NCBI GenBank assembly: GCA_965231825.1
Contig: OZ246889.1
Location: forward strand, 4,697,859 to 4,761,858
Reading direction: 5' to 3'
Length of the DNA stretch: 64,000 bases
Source of the DNA: Acidobacteriota bacterium
GTDB lineage: Bacteria; Acidobacteriota; UBA6911; RPQK01; JAJDTT01
Shown here: piece by piece, positions 42,868 to 53,094 of the stretch
Layout: each line of letters starts with the position of its first letter
How positions within the stretch are numbered: the first letter of the stretch is position 1
The notes under the pieces: model-generated
The model's database searches: none
What the model was told of the DNA's origin: nothing
The model's input: the letters and a program-made list of their open reading frames with translations, nothing else
Program-made: the position numbers and the translations under genes

Positions 42868-44403
42868 CTAGGTCAACAGGGATCCGCCGGTCATTTCTTC
42901 CGGCTGCGGCAATTCCAGATATTGCAGCAGCGTGGGAGCCACATCCTCCAGAGCCCCCCCCGGCCTCAGTGCCGGCCGATTTTGAGGATCGACCAGAATG
43001 AACGGCACCGGGTGACTGGTGTGGGCGGTGTGAGGCTGACCCGTCTTTGCGTCCACCATCAACTCGGCATTTCCATGGTCTGCCGTGACCGCCATGATGC
43101 CCCCGGTCTTCCGGACCTTTCGGTAGATTCGGCCAAGGCAGGAGTCCACAGCCTCCACCGCCCGGACGGTGGCCGCCATGTCTCCCGTGTGTCCCACCAT
43201 GTCCGCGTTGGCAAAATTGACCACCATGACCGGAAAGACGCCGCAGTCCAACTCGTAGAGCAACCGATCCGTGATCTCGGCAGCACTCATCCAGGGTTGG
43301 AGGTCGTACGTGGCCACCTTCGGAGACGGGATCAGAATCCTGGTCTCGCTTTCCGGAGGGTCCTCGACTCCCCCATTGAAGAAATAGGTGACGTGGGCGT
43401 ACTTTTCCGTCTCCGCCAGGCGCAGATTCGCAACGCCATGGGCGTTCAAAAGCTTGGCCAGCGTGTGCCGGACGGGAACGTAAGGGAAGGCCGCCGGCAG
43501 CGCCCAGTCGAGGCGATACTGGGTCATGGTGAGAAAGTGAGTCATGGCCCCCCGGTTCCGGGGAAAGGCCCGGAAATCGACTCCCGTCAGCGAATGTGTG
43601 AGTTGGCGGGCCCGGTCGGCACGGAAGTTGAAGAAAATGGCTGCATGATCGGAATCGATCGGCCCCACTGGACGGCCGAGTGAATCCACAACCGGAAATG
43701 GGTCCACGAACTCATCGTAGACCCTCTTTCGGTACGACTCCTCGACGCCCTGAATCGGATTCCGCCAGCCTTGTCCTCCTCGACCCTCGACCATACATCG
43801 GTACGCCTTCTGCACCCGGTCCCAACGGTTGTCGCGATCCATGGCGTAATAGCGGCCGCCGACCGAAGCCAATCGCCCCGTTCCCAGTTTCCTGGTTTCG
43901 TCCTGCAGCTGCTCAAGGTATTGCACTCCGGCGGTGGGACTTGCATCCCTCCCATCCAGGATTGCATGGATCCACACCTTCTCGACATGCTCGTTCTTGG
44001 CCAGCCGCAGCAACGCCAGCAGGTGGCGGAGGTGGCTGTGCACCCCACCGTCGGAAACCAGCCCGATCAGGTGAAGCGCCGTTTGGCGACCTCTTTCCAT
44101 GACGGGTCGCAGACTCGAGTTGCCGTCGAACCGTCCTGTTTCTATGGCTCGATCGATTCGGGTCAGATCCTGCAGCACAACCCGTCCGGCCCCCAGATTC
44201 AAGTGGCCGACCTCGCTGTTGCCCATCTGGCCCCGGGGCAGGCCGACACGTCCGCCACTGGCCGCCAAGCGGGTCCAGGCGTAGCGCGAGTAGAGATGTT
44301 CCATGGTGGGCAGTCGGGCCTGGGCGATGGCATTCCCTTCCCGACCGTCTCGCAATCCCCAACCATCCAGGACGGCCAGCAGGACCACGGGGAGTGTCGA
44401 CAT
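42868..44403 (-). CDS. gpmI: 2,3-bisphosphoglycerate-independent phosphoglycerate mutase
   Basis: 511 aa. iPGM metalloenzyme signatures: MGNSEVGHLNLGAGR and the catalytic Ser region. Confidence 0.9.
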   Translation of the reverse strand: MSTLPVVLLAVLDGWGLRDGREGNAIAQARLPTMEHLYSRYAWTRLAASGGRVGLPRGQMGNSEVGHLNLGAGRVVLQDLTRIDRAIETGRFDGNSSLRPVMERGRQTALHLIGLVSDGGVHSHLRHLLALLRLAKNEHVEKVWIHAILDGRDASPTAGVQYLEQLQDETRKLGTGRLASVGGRYYAMDRDNRWDRVQKAYRCMVEGRGGQGWRNPIQGVEESYRKRVYDEFVDPFPVVDSLGRPVGPIDSDHAAIFFNFRADRARQLTHSLTGVDFRAFPRNRGAMTHFLTMTQYRLDWALPAAFPYVPVRHTLAKLLNAHGVANLRLAETEKYAHVTYFFNGGVEDPPESETRILIPSPKVATYDLQPWMSAAEITDRLLYELDCGVFPVMVVNFANADMVGHTGDMAATVRAVEAVDSCLGRIYRKVRKTGGIMAVTADHGNAELMVDAKTGQPHTAHTSHPVPFILVDPQNRPALRPGGALEDVAPTLLQYLELPQPEEMTGGSLLT

Positions 44404-44464
44404 GATTCAGCGCGGCAAAAACAGGATCAAACGGCTTTCCCTGTCAGGCAAAACCCTGCACTGG

Positions 44465-45751
44465 TCAAGGGGCGTCTTGCGTGAGCTCCGTGCTGGAGTA
44501 TTGGGCTCGGTCGCCCAGTTCCTCCTCGATCCTCAAGAGCTGATTGTATTTGGCCACCCGGTCGGACCTGCAGGCCGATCCCGCCTTGATCTGAACCGCG
44601 TTGGTCGCCACGGACAGATCGGAAATGAAAACGTCCTCCGTTTCGCCCGAACGATGCGAAACAATCCAACTGTAACCATTTTCTCGAGCCAGATCGATGG
44701 TTTCGAGGGTCTCGGTCAGGGTCCCAATCTGATTCAGCTTGATGAGAATCGAGTTGGCTACCCCGGAATCGATGCCCCGTTGCAACCGGCCCGGGCGGGT
44801 GACGAACAGATCGTCGCCCACCAGTTGGACCCGGCGACCCAACTCGCGGGACATCCGAGCCCATCCGTCCCAGTCATCTTCGGCCAGCCCGTCCTCGATG
44901 GAACAGATGGGATAGAGATCCAGCCAATTGGAGTACATTTCGATGAGTTCCTCGGAACTCATGTAATTGAGCCCCCGCAGAACATAGTGGCCATCCCGGT
45001 AAAGCTCGCTGGCAGCCACATCGAGAGCCAGGTAGAAGTCCTCGCCGGGACGGTATCCGGCCCACTCGATAGCTTTCAGGACCAGTTTCACCGCCTCCGC
45101 GTTGGACTCCATATTGGGGGCGAATCCACCCTCGTCCCCGACAGTCGTGGGCCTCCCCTCCTGCTCCAGGACACGCCCCAGGTGATGGAAAACCTCAGCG
45201 CCCATCTGCAGTGCCCGTGAGAAGGAGGCGGCGGATACCGGAACCACCATGAACTCTTGAAAATCGACGTTCCTGTGACCGTGCACACCGCCGTTGAGAA
45301 TGTTCATGAGGGGAACCGGCATGCGGCGGGCCTCGGGACCACCCAGAGAACGGAAAAGGGAGCACCCCCGGCTCTGGGCGGCGGCTCGGGCACAGGCCAG
45401 GGAAACCGCCAGGATGGCGTTGGCCCCCAGTTTTTCCTTGGACTCGGTTCCGTCCAAGTCGATCATGCGGCCGTCCACCCGGGCCTGGTCCAGGACCGAG
45501 AGGCCCTTGACACCGGGCCCGATGACGCGCCGGATATTCTCGACGGCTCGGCGGACTCCTCTCCCCAGGAACCGGGCAGGATCTGCGTCCCGGAGCTCTC
45601 TGACCTCGTGAAGACCGGTGGAGGCCCCGGAGGGTACGGCAGCCCTCCCCAGGTGGCCGCCACGGGTCACGACATCCGCTTCGACGGTGGGGTTTCCTCT
45701 GGAGTCAAGAACCTCTCGGGCCCGAACTTCTTCGATGGTCGTCATGAGCAA
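44465..45751 (-). CDS. eno: enolase
   Basis: 428 aa. The enolase signature [12 protein letters not shown] plus SHRSGETED. Confidence 0.95.
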   Translation of the reverse strand: MLMTTIEEVRAREVLDSRGNPTVEADVVTRGGHLGRAAVPSGASTGLHEVRELRDADPARFLGRGVRRAVENIRRVIGPGVKGLSVLDQARVDGRMIDLDGTESKEKLGANAILAVSLACARAAAQSRGCSLFRSLGGPEARRMPVPLMNILNGGVHGHRNVDFQEFMVVPVSAASFSRALQMGAEVFHHLGRVLEQEGRPTTVGDEGGFAPNMESNAEAVKLVLKAIEWAGYRPGEDFYLALDVAASELYRDGHYVLRGLNYMSSEELIEMYSNWLDLYPICSIEDGLAEDDWDGWARMSRELGRRVQLVGDDLFVTRPGRLQRGIDSGVANSILIKLNQIGTLTETLETIDLARENGYSWIVSHRSGETEDVFISDLSVATNAVQIKAGSACRSDRVAKYNQLLRIEEELGDRAQYSSTELTQDAP

Positions 45752-45777
45752 AAATCACACGAAACGGGCGGGGGAGG

Positions 45778-46788
45778 CTATCTTCGTTCCTTCTGCCTTC
45801 GGATTCGTTCCTGGACCCGCTCGATGCTCGCCTGGATCTCGCCTTCCTGGCTGAGGCCGTGCGCTTGCTTGTAGTGTTCCAGAGCCTCCGAGTACTGGTC
45901 GTTCATTTCGTAGATGTAACCGAGCCGGTTGTATGTCTGCCAGTGCTCCGGGGCGATTTCCTTGCTCTTCAAAAAGGCTTCCTGCGCCGCCAAATGGTGT
46001 TCGGAGAAGAGATGTGCGATCCCCAGATTGAACCAGGCATCGCCGTCTTCCGGTTGTTCCTGCAGGTATTCGCCCAATATGTTGACCGCGTCCGAATAGT
46101 TCCCCTGTTCAAGGGACGCAACGCCTCGATAATAGACGATACGCGAGAGGTGGTTCCGCGCTTCGGCGGAGTTTGGATTGAGCCCGACGGCCTGTTTCAA
46201 GAATCCCTCGGCCAACGCGTAGCTCTTCTTTCTGTAATGGGCCAATCCGAGTTGGAGCACATCGTCAAACTGGCCCCTGCGAATCGAAACGGCCCTCTCC
46301 AGATCCGAGATGGCCCGGTCATACATGGCAAGATTGAAATAGGCGCTCCCTCGCGTGTGGTGCAGTTGGTAGCGATCCGCAGGCGACTTGGCGTACGCCT
46401 CCGCTTTTTCGAGCGCCGTTACGGCGTCCTGAAACTGACCCATGTTGTAGTGGGCGATCCCCAGACCCTGATGTGAGGCATAGACGTCGTCCTTGAGTTC
46501 CAACGCCTTCTTGAAGGACTCGACGGCCTTTTCCGCCTGATCGGTCTTCAGGTAGGAGATCCCGAGAATCCGGTGGCCACTCTCATAGTCGGAGTGTTCC
46601 TCGACGATCGCCTCGAACTCTGCGATGGCCTTGTCGTACTGCCCCTGCTTGTAGAAGGAGACCCCCTTCCCGAAGTCTCCCTGCCCCCAGAGCAGATGGG
46701 CGCCGAGCAACAGTGCCAGCACTCCGAATCGGCTATGGAGACGTCCGGGCGGCATGGTCAACCGTTCATCGGCCTCACTCGAATACAC
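45778..46788 (-). CDS. secreted tetratricopeptide-repeat protein
   Basis: Signal peptide and multiple 34-aa TPR units (AxxxYxxG pattern). Lies downstream of exbD. Confidence 0.7.
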   Translation of the reverse strand: MYSSEADERLTMPPGRLHSRFGVLALLLGAHLLWGQGDFGKGVSFYKQGQYDKAIAEFEAIVEEHSDYESGHRILGISYLKTDQAEKAVESFKKALELKDDVYASHQGLGIAHYNMGQFQDAVTALEKAEAYAKSPADRYQLHHTRGSAYFNLAMYDRAISDLERAVSIRRGQFDDVLQLGLAHYRKKSYALAEGFLKQAVGLNPNSAEARNHLSRIVYYRGVASLEQGNYSDAVNILGEYLQEQPEDGDAWFNLGIAHLFSEHHLAAQEAFLKSKEIAPEHWQTYNRLGYIYEMNDQYSEALEHYKQAHGLSQEGEIQASIERVQERIRRQKERR

Positions 46789-47212
46789 CGAACGCCTTCC
46801 AGCGCTCGACTTCCGACTCCGTAGGAACCGAGATGTTCTTGACCTCCATCTGCCTCAAGAGGTCGAAAACTTCGATCATGACCCGATAAGGGACATTTCC
46901 CTGCGTCTGAATGATCACGGGTTTGCTGGGATTCTGGCCCATCTTCACTTCCACATAGCTGGCCAACGCACCCAGTGACATGGGCGTCTTGTCCACCAGG
47001 TATTGCTGCTCACCCGTGATCTTGATGTGGACGGCTTCCTCCGGCTGGACATCCAACCTGGTCGGATCCTCTTTGGGAAATGCGAACTGAAGTCCCCGGT
47101 TGGAAGTAAAGACCGCCGTCAGCATGAAGAAGATGATCAACAGAAAGGCGATGTCGGCCATGGAGGAGGTGGGGACCTCGGGGCTCCGCCGGAGGCGGCT
47201 TCGCAACTTCAT
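46775..47212 (-). CDS. exbD: biopolymer transport protein ExbD/TolR
   Basis: Single N-terminal TM (ADIAFLLIIFFMLT) and ExbD-fold length of 145 aa. Confidence 0.8.
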   Translation of the reverse strand: MKLRSRLRRSPEVPTSSMADIAFLLIIFFMLTAVFTSNRGLQFAFPKEDPTRLDVQPEEAVHIKITGEQQYLVDKTPMSLGALASYVEVKMGQNPSKPVIIQTQGNVPYRVMIEVFDLLRQMEVKNISVPTESEVERWKAFGVFE

Positions 47213-47647
47213 TCAACCCGATTCCTTTGGCTTTCGATCCGTGAGAAGGCCGATCCGGCGCGCGCCATTGGACCGCAATTGCTCCAGGACGCCGTCCACC
47301 AATTGATATTGGACATCCCGGTCCGCCTTGATCAGAAACTCCTTCCCCGGAATAGCGGTGACCAGCGTCTTCACGTATTGACCCAACTCGGCCATACTCG
47401 CCAGCGTGAACGCCGGTGCCTCGCCATCGGTGAAGCTGACCTCGCCCTGAGATGAGATCGCAACGATGGCTGCATCCTTGGACACTTCCGTCCGAATCTC
47501 CGACTTCGGCAAGGTCACCGAGGTCCGTTCCGGAGAAAAGGAAGTCGTCAACATGAAGAAAATAATGAGCAGAAAGGCGATATCCGCCATGGATGCCGTC
47601 GGAATCCGGGGAACTACGGATATGGATGCTGCCCGCCTCACTTTCAT
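47213..47647 (-). CDS. exbD: biopolymer transport protein ExbD/TolR (second paralogue)
   Basis: MADIAFLLIIFFMLT, 144 aa. Confidence 0.8.
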   Translation of the reverse strand: MKVRRAASISVVPRIPTASMADIAFLLIIFFMLTTSFSPERTSVTLPKSEIRTEVSKDAAIVAISSQGEVSFTDGEAPAFTLASMAELGQYVKTLVTAIPGKEFLIKADRDVQYQLVDGVLEQLRSNGARRIGLLTDRKPKESG

Positions 47648-48327
47648 CAGGAATCACTCGGGGCCGCTTCCGTCAGCTGGTCTCCGCCGGCATGCCTCTC
47701 CCCCAGTTCGTTGAACGTCTCCAGCAGCATGGACGAACTGGTTTCCATGTCCAGACTCAGGATTGAGACCCGGTTGCTGAAGTAATTGTACGCGGCCTGG
47801 ACCGGAAGGGCGACGATGAGTCCCGTCGCCGTGGTCACCAGAGCCTCGGCGATGCCTCCTGCCACCGCCTGCGGGTTTCCAAGGCCAACCTCCGCCAATG
47901 CCTCAAACGACGCGATCATACCGGTGACGGTTCCCAGGAATCCGAACAAAGGGGCAATGTTGGCCACCGTTCCCAGGATCCAGAGCCCCTTTTCCAGGTT
48001 CGAAACTTCATGAAGAGCCACGCTCTCCATTGCCTTCTCGATCTCGTAGTGCGGTTTCCCGTACCGGAGCAGACCCGACTTCAGAGTGCTGGCGACGGGG
48101 TGGGTATAGGACTCGCAAACCTCCAGGGAGTGGCGAAGATCCCCGTCGAGCAATGCCTGGCGAACTGAGGAGAAGATGTCCGCCGTGGTTCCTTGTACCC
48201 GGTAGTACGTGATCATCCGTTCGATGATGAAAATCAACGCGACTATGGAACAGAGAAGGAGGGCGTACATCATGGGACCGCCCTGCTGGAAATAACTCAA
48301 CAGGGTCCCCCCGATTGCTACTACCAC
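47647..48327 (-). CDS. exbB: MotA/TolQ/ExbB proton-channel protein
   Basis: Three TM segments. The C-terminal ALVTTATGLIVALP motif is typical of ExbB/TolQ. Confidence 0.85.
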   Translation of the reverse strand: MVVAIGGTLLSYFQQGGPMMYALLLCSIVALIFIIERMITYYRVQGTTADIFSSVRQALLDGDLRHSLEVCESYTHPVASTLKSGLLRYGKPHYEIEKAMESVALHEVSNLEKGLWILGTVANIAPLFGFLGTVTGMIASFEALAEVGLGNPQAVAGGIAEALVTTATGLIVALPVQAAYNYFSNRVSILSLDMETSSSMLLETFNELGERHAGGDQLTEAAPSDS

Positions 48328-48537
48328 TGTCCTGTCCTCCTATTTTTCGACCAACAAACCAATGTGCTGAGTAATTTAGACTGCAAAAGTCGGTGGAAGT
48401 ATCAATCCCGTCCAAAGAGTCCGGTGTACGACCCCGTGGCACTCGTAAGGAAGAGTCATGATAGTCCCGCTTCGCCGCGCAAGTCAAACCAGCGAAGTGC
48501 CTTCAATCACTTGGGATGCGGTGCGGACCCGAAGAGT

Positions 48538-49926
48538 TCAGGAAGGGATTCTGACCTGCAGGCGTTTCAATTTGGCATTGAGCGTGGTCGGCTTGACCTT
48601 GAGAAGACTGGCGGCCTTCCTCTGGTTCCAATTGGCCCGCTCCAGCGCCAGCAGAATCAGATTTCGCTCAAATTCGAGCACCAGTTCCCGGAGGGAACCG
48701 TTCTGGGATTGCGCCGAGACCCCATCCAGCCGGCCGGAGGTAGAATCCAGGATTTCCGGGGGAAGCAAATCTGGTCGGACGCTTCCGCTGGTCCCGGAAA
48801 GCACCACCGCACGTTCGATGGCGTTCTCCAGTTCCCTGACGTTTCCGGGCCAGTCGTAGTTCATCAAGACCCTGAGCGCCTCCTGGTCGATGGAATTCAA
48901 CGTCTTTCCGTTCTCACGGCTGAAGCGGGTCAGAAAATGGTGGGCCAACAGAGGAATGTCATCCTTCCGGTCGCGCAACGGCGCCACGTCCAGGGTGATG
49001 ACCTTGAGACGGTAGTAGAGGTCCTCTCGGAATCGGCCATCCGTGACCGCCTGCTTCAGGTCCGCGTTGGTGGCGGCGACGATTCTCACGTCGACCTTGA
49101 TGCTCCGTATGCCACCCACGGGACGGAATTCCCTCTCCTGTAGAACCCGCAACAGCTTGGCCTGGGTCTGCATCGGGACGGTACCGATCTCATCCAGGAA
49201 AAGAGTGCCCCCGTGAGCGATTTCGAACAGTCCCTTCTTGGTGGCCGTGGCCCCGGTAAATGCTCCCCTCACGTGCCCGAAGAGTTCACTTTCCAAGAGC
49301 TCGGAAGGAATCGAGCCGCTGTTGACCGGGACGAAAGACCGGTCGCGCCGGGGACTCAGGTTGTGAATGGCCTTGGCGACCAATTCCTTTCCGGTACCAC
49401 TCTCTCCCGCGATCAAGACCGTACTGCGGCCCGGTCCCACCTGGGTAATGAGATCCGTGACCCGACGGATGGGCTCGCTCTTCCCGACGATGTTCTGGAA
49501 ATGACCCTGGCGGTGGCGAAGACTGGATTTGAGTTGGCGATTCTCCAACTCGAGGCGGCGCTGGCGGATGCCGTTCTTGATGACCAGCAGCAACTCTTCG
49601 TTGCGAAACGGTTTGGTCACGAAGTCGAACGCTCCCAGCCGGGTCGCCTGGACTGCGTTTTCGATGGACGCATATGCCGTAACCATGATGACGGCCAGGT
49701 CAGGATCCAGGTCGAGGATCTTCTCCAACGTCTCGAGACCGCCGATGCCAGGCAGCATCAGATCCAGGAGCACCAGGTCCACCGGCTCCCGTTGAATCAA
49801 CTCGAGCCCTTCCTCTCCCGAGGAAGCGAGAAGAACCCGGTGGCCGCCGCCGGCGACGACTCGCGAGAAGACCTCTCGCATAATCTCTTCGTCGTCGATG
49901 ATCAGAACCGAAGCCCGGGATGTCAT
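48538..49926 (-). CDS. sigma-54-dependent response regulator (NtrC family)
   Basis: REC domain (IIDDEE...DLMLPG), AAA+ GESGTGKE and GAFTGA, and a C-terminal HTH. Confidence 0.85.
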   Translation of the reverse strand: MTSRASVLIIDDEEIMREVFSRVVAGGGHRVLLASSGEEGLELIQREPVDLVLLDLMLPGIGGLETLEKILDLDPDLAVIMVTAYASIENAVQATRLGAFDFVTKPFRNEELLLVIKNGIRQRRLELENRQLKSSLRHRQGHFQNIVGKSEPIRRVTDLITQVGPGRSTVLIAGESGTGKELVAKAIHNLSPRRDRSFVPVNSGSIPSELLESELFGHVRGAFTGATATKKGLFEIAHGGTLFLDEIGTVPMQTQAKLLRVLQEREFRPVGGIRSIKVDVRIVAATNADLKQAVTDGRFREDLYYRLKVITLDVAPLRDRKDDIPLLAHHFLTRFSRENGKTLNSIDQEALRVLMNYDWPGNVRELENAIERAVVLSGTSGSVRPDLLPPEILDSTSGRLDGVSAQSQNGSLRELVLEFERNLILLALERANWNQRKAASLLKVKPTTLNAKLKRLQVRIPS

Positions 49927-52790
49927 TGAACCCTTTTCACGGGCAGACGGACTGTGAAAATGCTCCCCTCCCCCACTTGGCTTCGCGCCTGGATTCGGCC
50001 CTCGTGCTCCTGAACGATTCCGTAACAGACCGAGAGCCCCAGGCCAGTCCCCTTCCCGACATCCTTGGTGGTGAAGAAGGGATCGTAGATCCGGTGGAGA
50101 ACGTCGCCGGGAATGCCTTTTCCACGGTCTTCCACCTCCACCATCAAGCCTGAATTCCTATGGGAGGTACGGACAGTGACGCTCCCTCCGTCCGGCATGG
50201 CGTCCTTGGCATTCATCAGCAAGTTGACGAAAACCTGCTGCAGCTTGCCCTCATGGCCCCGGGTGCGGGGCAGAGCGGGATCGAGATGGAGACTGACCTC
50301 CACTCCTTGGGTCCGGAGTTGATGCTCCAAGAGTGACACCGTCTCCAACATCAGGGAATTGACGTTGACTTCACGGAATTCGCCGTCCCGGACACGGGCA
50401 AAGTTGACCAGGTTGTTGACGATCCGCGAGGCCCGAAAACTCTGCCTTTCGATCTTCTCCAACAGGTCGCGCCGAGAATCGGATGCAGGAGTCGAATCCA
50501 GCAACAACTGCGCGTAGCTTGAGATCCCCGCCAGAGGCGTATTGACCTCATGCGCCACACCCGCCGCCAGGAGGCCGATGGACGTGAGCTTCTCCGCCTG
50601 CACCAGTTGGTCCTCCAACTGCGCCTTCTCCGTCACGTCGTCGAAGAGCAGAAGAGTTCCGGTCAGTACGTCATTCTGGGCCACGAAGGGGGAGAGGTGG
50701 ATATTCACGAGGCGATCCTCACCCGACGCGGACCTGAGACGCGTCTTGTCCAGGCGTGTCACCCCTGGAATCCGCCAGCGAGAGCCGCCCAGAGCTTCCT
50801 TCACGGATTGGAGCAGGTCCGGGGGAAAGACGTCGTCGATACTACGACCGACCGCACGGCTCACCTCCATGCCATAGAAAGACTCCATGAACGAGTTCCA
50901 GACCCGGACGGCGCCTTCCGAATCGACCACCACGACTCCCGCCGTAATGCTTTGGATCACGCTTTCGTTGTAGCTCTTGAGCCTCTGCAGCTCGCCCGCC
51001 TTGGTCTCCAACGAACGGTAGAGCACCGCGTTGTCCATGGCAGTTGCCACATAGCCGGCAAGCGCGGCAAGCAACTTCATATCCTCGCTGTTCAAGACGT
51101 CGCCGTTGACCCGATCCCCCAGACCCAGCAGGCCGATGACGCGGCCATGAGTCTCCAAGGGTTGAAGATTCCGAATTCCCAAGTCCGACAGTCGGGTCTG
51201 GTGACGCGTCTCCTCATCCCAGCCACCAAAGCCCGGCGCCAACCGCTCCGCTCGACGGCCACCGCGGTCCCATGGTGGAGCCGGCACCAGAATCGGATTT
51301 TCCTTATCAAGCCAGCCGTCCACACCGAGAGCGTGGTAAAGAAAGAATTGACCAAGCCGCTCCGGAGAGCGGAGAAAGACGGCCACGGGACGGACAGTGA
51401 AGGTCTGCTCGACCCGGGCGCAAACTCGTTCCGCCAAACGCGGCAAACTGATTTCCGAGTTCAGGCTCCTTCCGAAATCCGCAAAAGACTGACGGTAGTC
51501 GTAGGTCTCCGGATAGTAGTATCGATCCAGTCGCTGCTGAATCTTGTTCTTCACCGGTGCGAACAGGAAGGCCGCCACCAAGGCCGCAACGGCGAACACT
51601 GAGAAGTCGGAATGGGGAGAGAGACCGAATAGCGTTCCGCCGACCAGTAGCACCACCCCCACGTAAAAAACCAGCAGAACCCAACTGGCCAGGACGTAGG
51701 CTGCGCTTTCGCGGAAGATCAACTCCACGTCCATCAATCGATACCGGATGATCGCGTATCCGATACACAAGGGAAGGAGCGCCAGACTCAAGATCGACAT
51801 CTCCATGACGGGATGGATGGGAATTCCCAGGAAGTAGGGTCCGGCATACAGAATCAGGAACGGAGCCAGGGCGATGAGGGTCCCATGGGACACCCACTTC
51901 ATCTGCCGGCGGTGCAGGGGTGTCCGGGCCTGCCGGCCGGATTGGATGAGCAGACCGGCTCCCAGACAGAAGAAGATCCCCAAATGGGACAGGTGGATCT
52001 TGTCAAAGAAGTGGGCGATCCCCGGACTACGCGCCAACCCCAGCGGCTGCAGAGACCCCAGGAACCAAGCCACGTGGATCGCCAGTAGCGTGACCGCCGG
52101 CAGATAGAAGGCAGTTCCCAGTTTTCCCCGCGGATCCAGCCATCGTTGGGCCTCGGGAAAAGTCGCGCAGAAATGGAGAAACAAGGGAGGAAGAACCAGC
52201 AGGGACACCGCTCCGATCCAATAGATCAGGAGATCGAAGGGATCGCCGCGACCGGAGTACCGGTACAGATACAGGCAGAACGAAACCAGGCACAGCAGGA
52301 AAAAGTGGAGTGCACCCCGTGACTGGTGCTTTCGCAGGAAGACGAACAATCCGATGGAGAGATGGAGCAGGGCTACAAGCACTAGAAGGACATCGGTCCG
52401 GTCGAGCCCCGACTCGATCTCCAGCCGAACTTCGTGTTGGCTCCGATCGCCTCCCGGTGTCTTCTGGATCAGATACGTCGCCGGCATGCCATGGGGAACG
52501 GCCCCGGCCAAGACTTCCATCACCTCGACGTAGTCGTCGAGAGTCCGGATCTCGACACCCGCCAGTTCCACCAGCCGGTCTCCCGTCTCGATTCCGGCAC
52601 GCGGGCCACCGCCCGCCGGATCCCGGATCCCATGGGCAACCACGTTCCCGATGTCGCCTTCGGTCCAGACGATCCCGTCTGAGACCTCGCCCCAAGCCGA
52701 CCGATCCAGAAGATTCAGGACGCCGAGATAGACGACGGCGGCGGAGGCCAGGACGACCAGGATAGCCTTCAGTTGGAAGCCACGAAGCAT
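49923..52790 (-). CDS. multi-domain sensor histidine kinase (periplasmic PDZ-like segment, polytopic membrane domain, PAS, HisKA, HATPase)
   Basis: 955 aa. H-box HEVNTPL. N/G1/G2 boxes: NLLMNAKDA, DRGKGI, GTGLGL. The 4-bp overlap with the downstream response-regulator gene suggests an operon. Confidence 0.8.
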   Translation of the reverse strand: MLRGFQLKAILVVLASAAVVYLGVLNLLDRSAWGEVSDGIVWTEGDIGNVVAHGIRDPAGGGPRAGIETGDRLVELAGVEIRTLDDYVEVMEVLAGAVPHGMPATYLIQKTPGGDRSQHEVRLEIESGLDRTDVLLVLVALLHLSIGLFVFLRKHQSRGALHFFLLCLVSFCLYLYRYSGRGDPFDLLIYWIGAVSLLVLPPLFLHFCATFPEAQRWLDPRGKLGTAFYLPAVTLLAIHVAWFLGSLQPLGLARSPGIAHFFDKIHLSHLGIFFCLGAGLLIQSGRQARTPLHRRQMKWVSHGTLIALAPFLILYAGPYFLGIPIHPVMEMSILSLALLPLCIGYAIIRYRLMDVELIFRESAAYVLASWVLLVFYVGVVLLVGGTLFGLSPHSDFSVFAVAALVAAFLFAPVKNKIQQRLDRYYYPETYDYRQSFADFGRSLNSEISLPRLAERVCARVEQTFTVRPVAVFLRSPERLGQFFLYHALGVDGWLDKENPILVPAPPWDRGGRRAERLAPGFGGWDEETRHQTRLSDLGIRNLQPLETHGRVIGLLGLGDRVNGDVLNSEDMKLLAALAGYVATAMDNAVLYRSLETKAGELQRLKSYNESVIQSITAGVVVVDSEGAVRVWNSFMESFYGMEVSRAVGRSIDDVFPPDLLQSVKEALGGSRWRIPGVTRLDKTRLRSASGEDRLVNIHLSPFVAQNDVLTGTLLLFDDVTEKAQLEDQLVQAEKLTSIGLLAAGVAHEVNTPLAGISSYAQLLLDSTPASDSRRDLLEKIERQSFRASRIVNNLVNFARVRDGEFREVNVNSLMLETVSLLEHQLRTQGVEVSLHLDPALPRTRGHEGKLQQVFVNLLMNAKDAMPDGGSVTVRTSHRNSGLMVEVEDRGKGIPGDVLHRIYDPFFTTKDVGKGTGLGLSVCYGIVQEHEGRIQARSQVGEGSIFTVRLPVKRVQ

Positions 52791-53094
52791 GAACGGCTCC
52801 CCTCAATAAGGCCCGGCAACGGAAATGGCGCGCACGTCAGCCACACTTTTCATGACCCTTCCAATAACCCACCATTGACTCGCAAGATCGGTGCCATCTA
52901 CCGGTCGACCCACGAAATCTCCCTAGAATGAAGAGGGATTCTCGTCGATGCGAGGAAGCCGGTGCATCCCCGATGTAGGATTCGATCCAATCTCTCGTAC
53001 GAGATCCAATAATTTGAATTGCTGACATGCGTCCCCCGGACCGGAGCGTTACCGGGAGTCCTGCTTCCGGAACAGCAGGAACAGCGGTGGGAAA

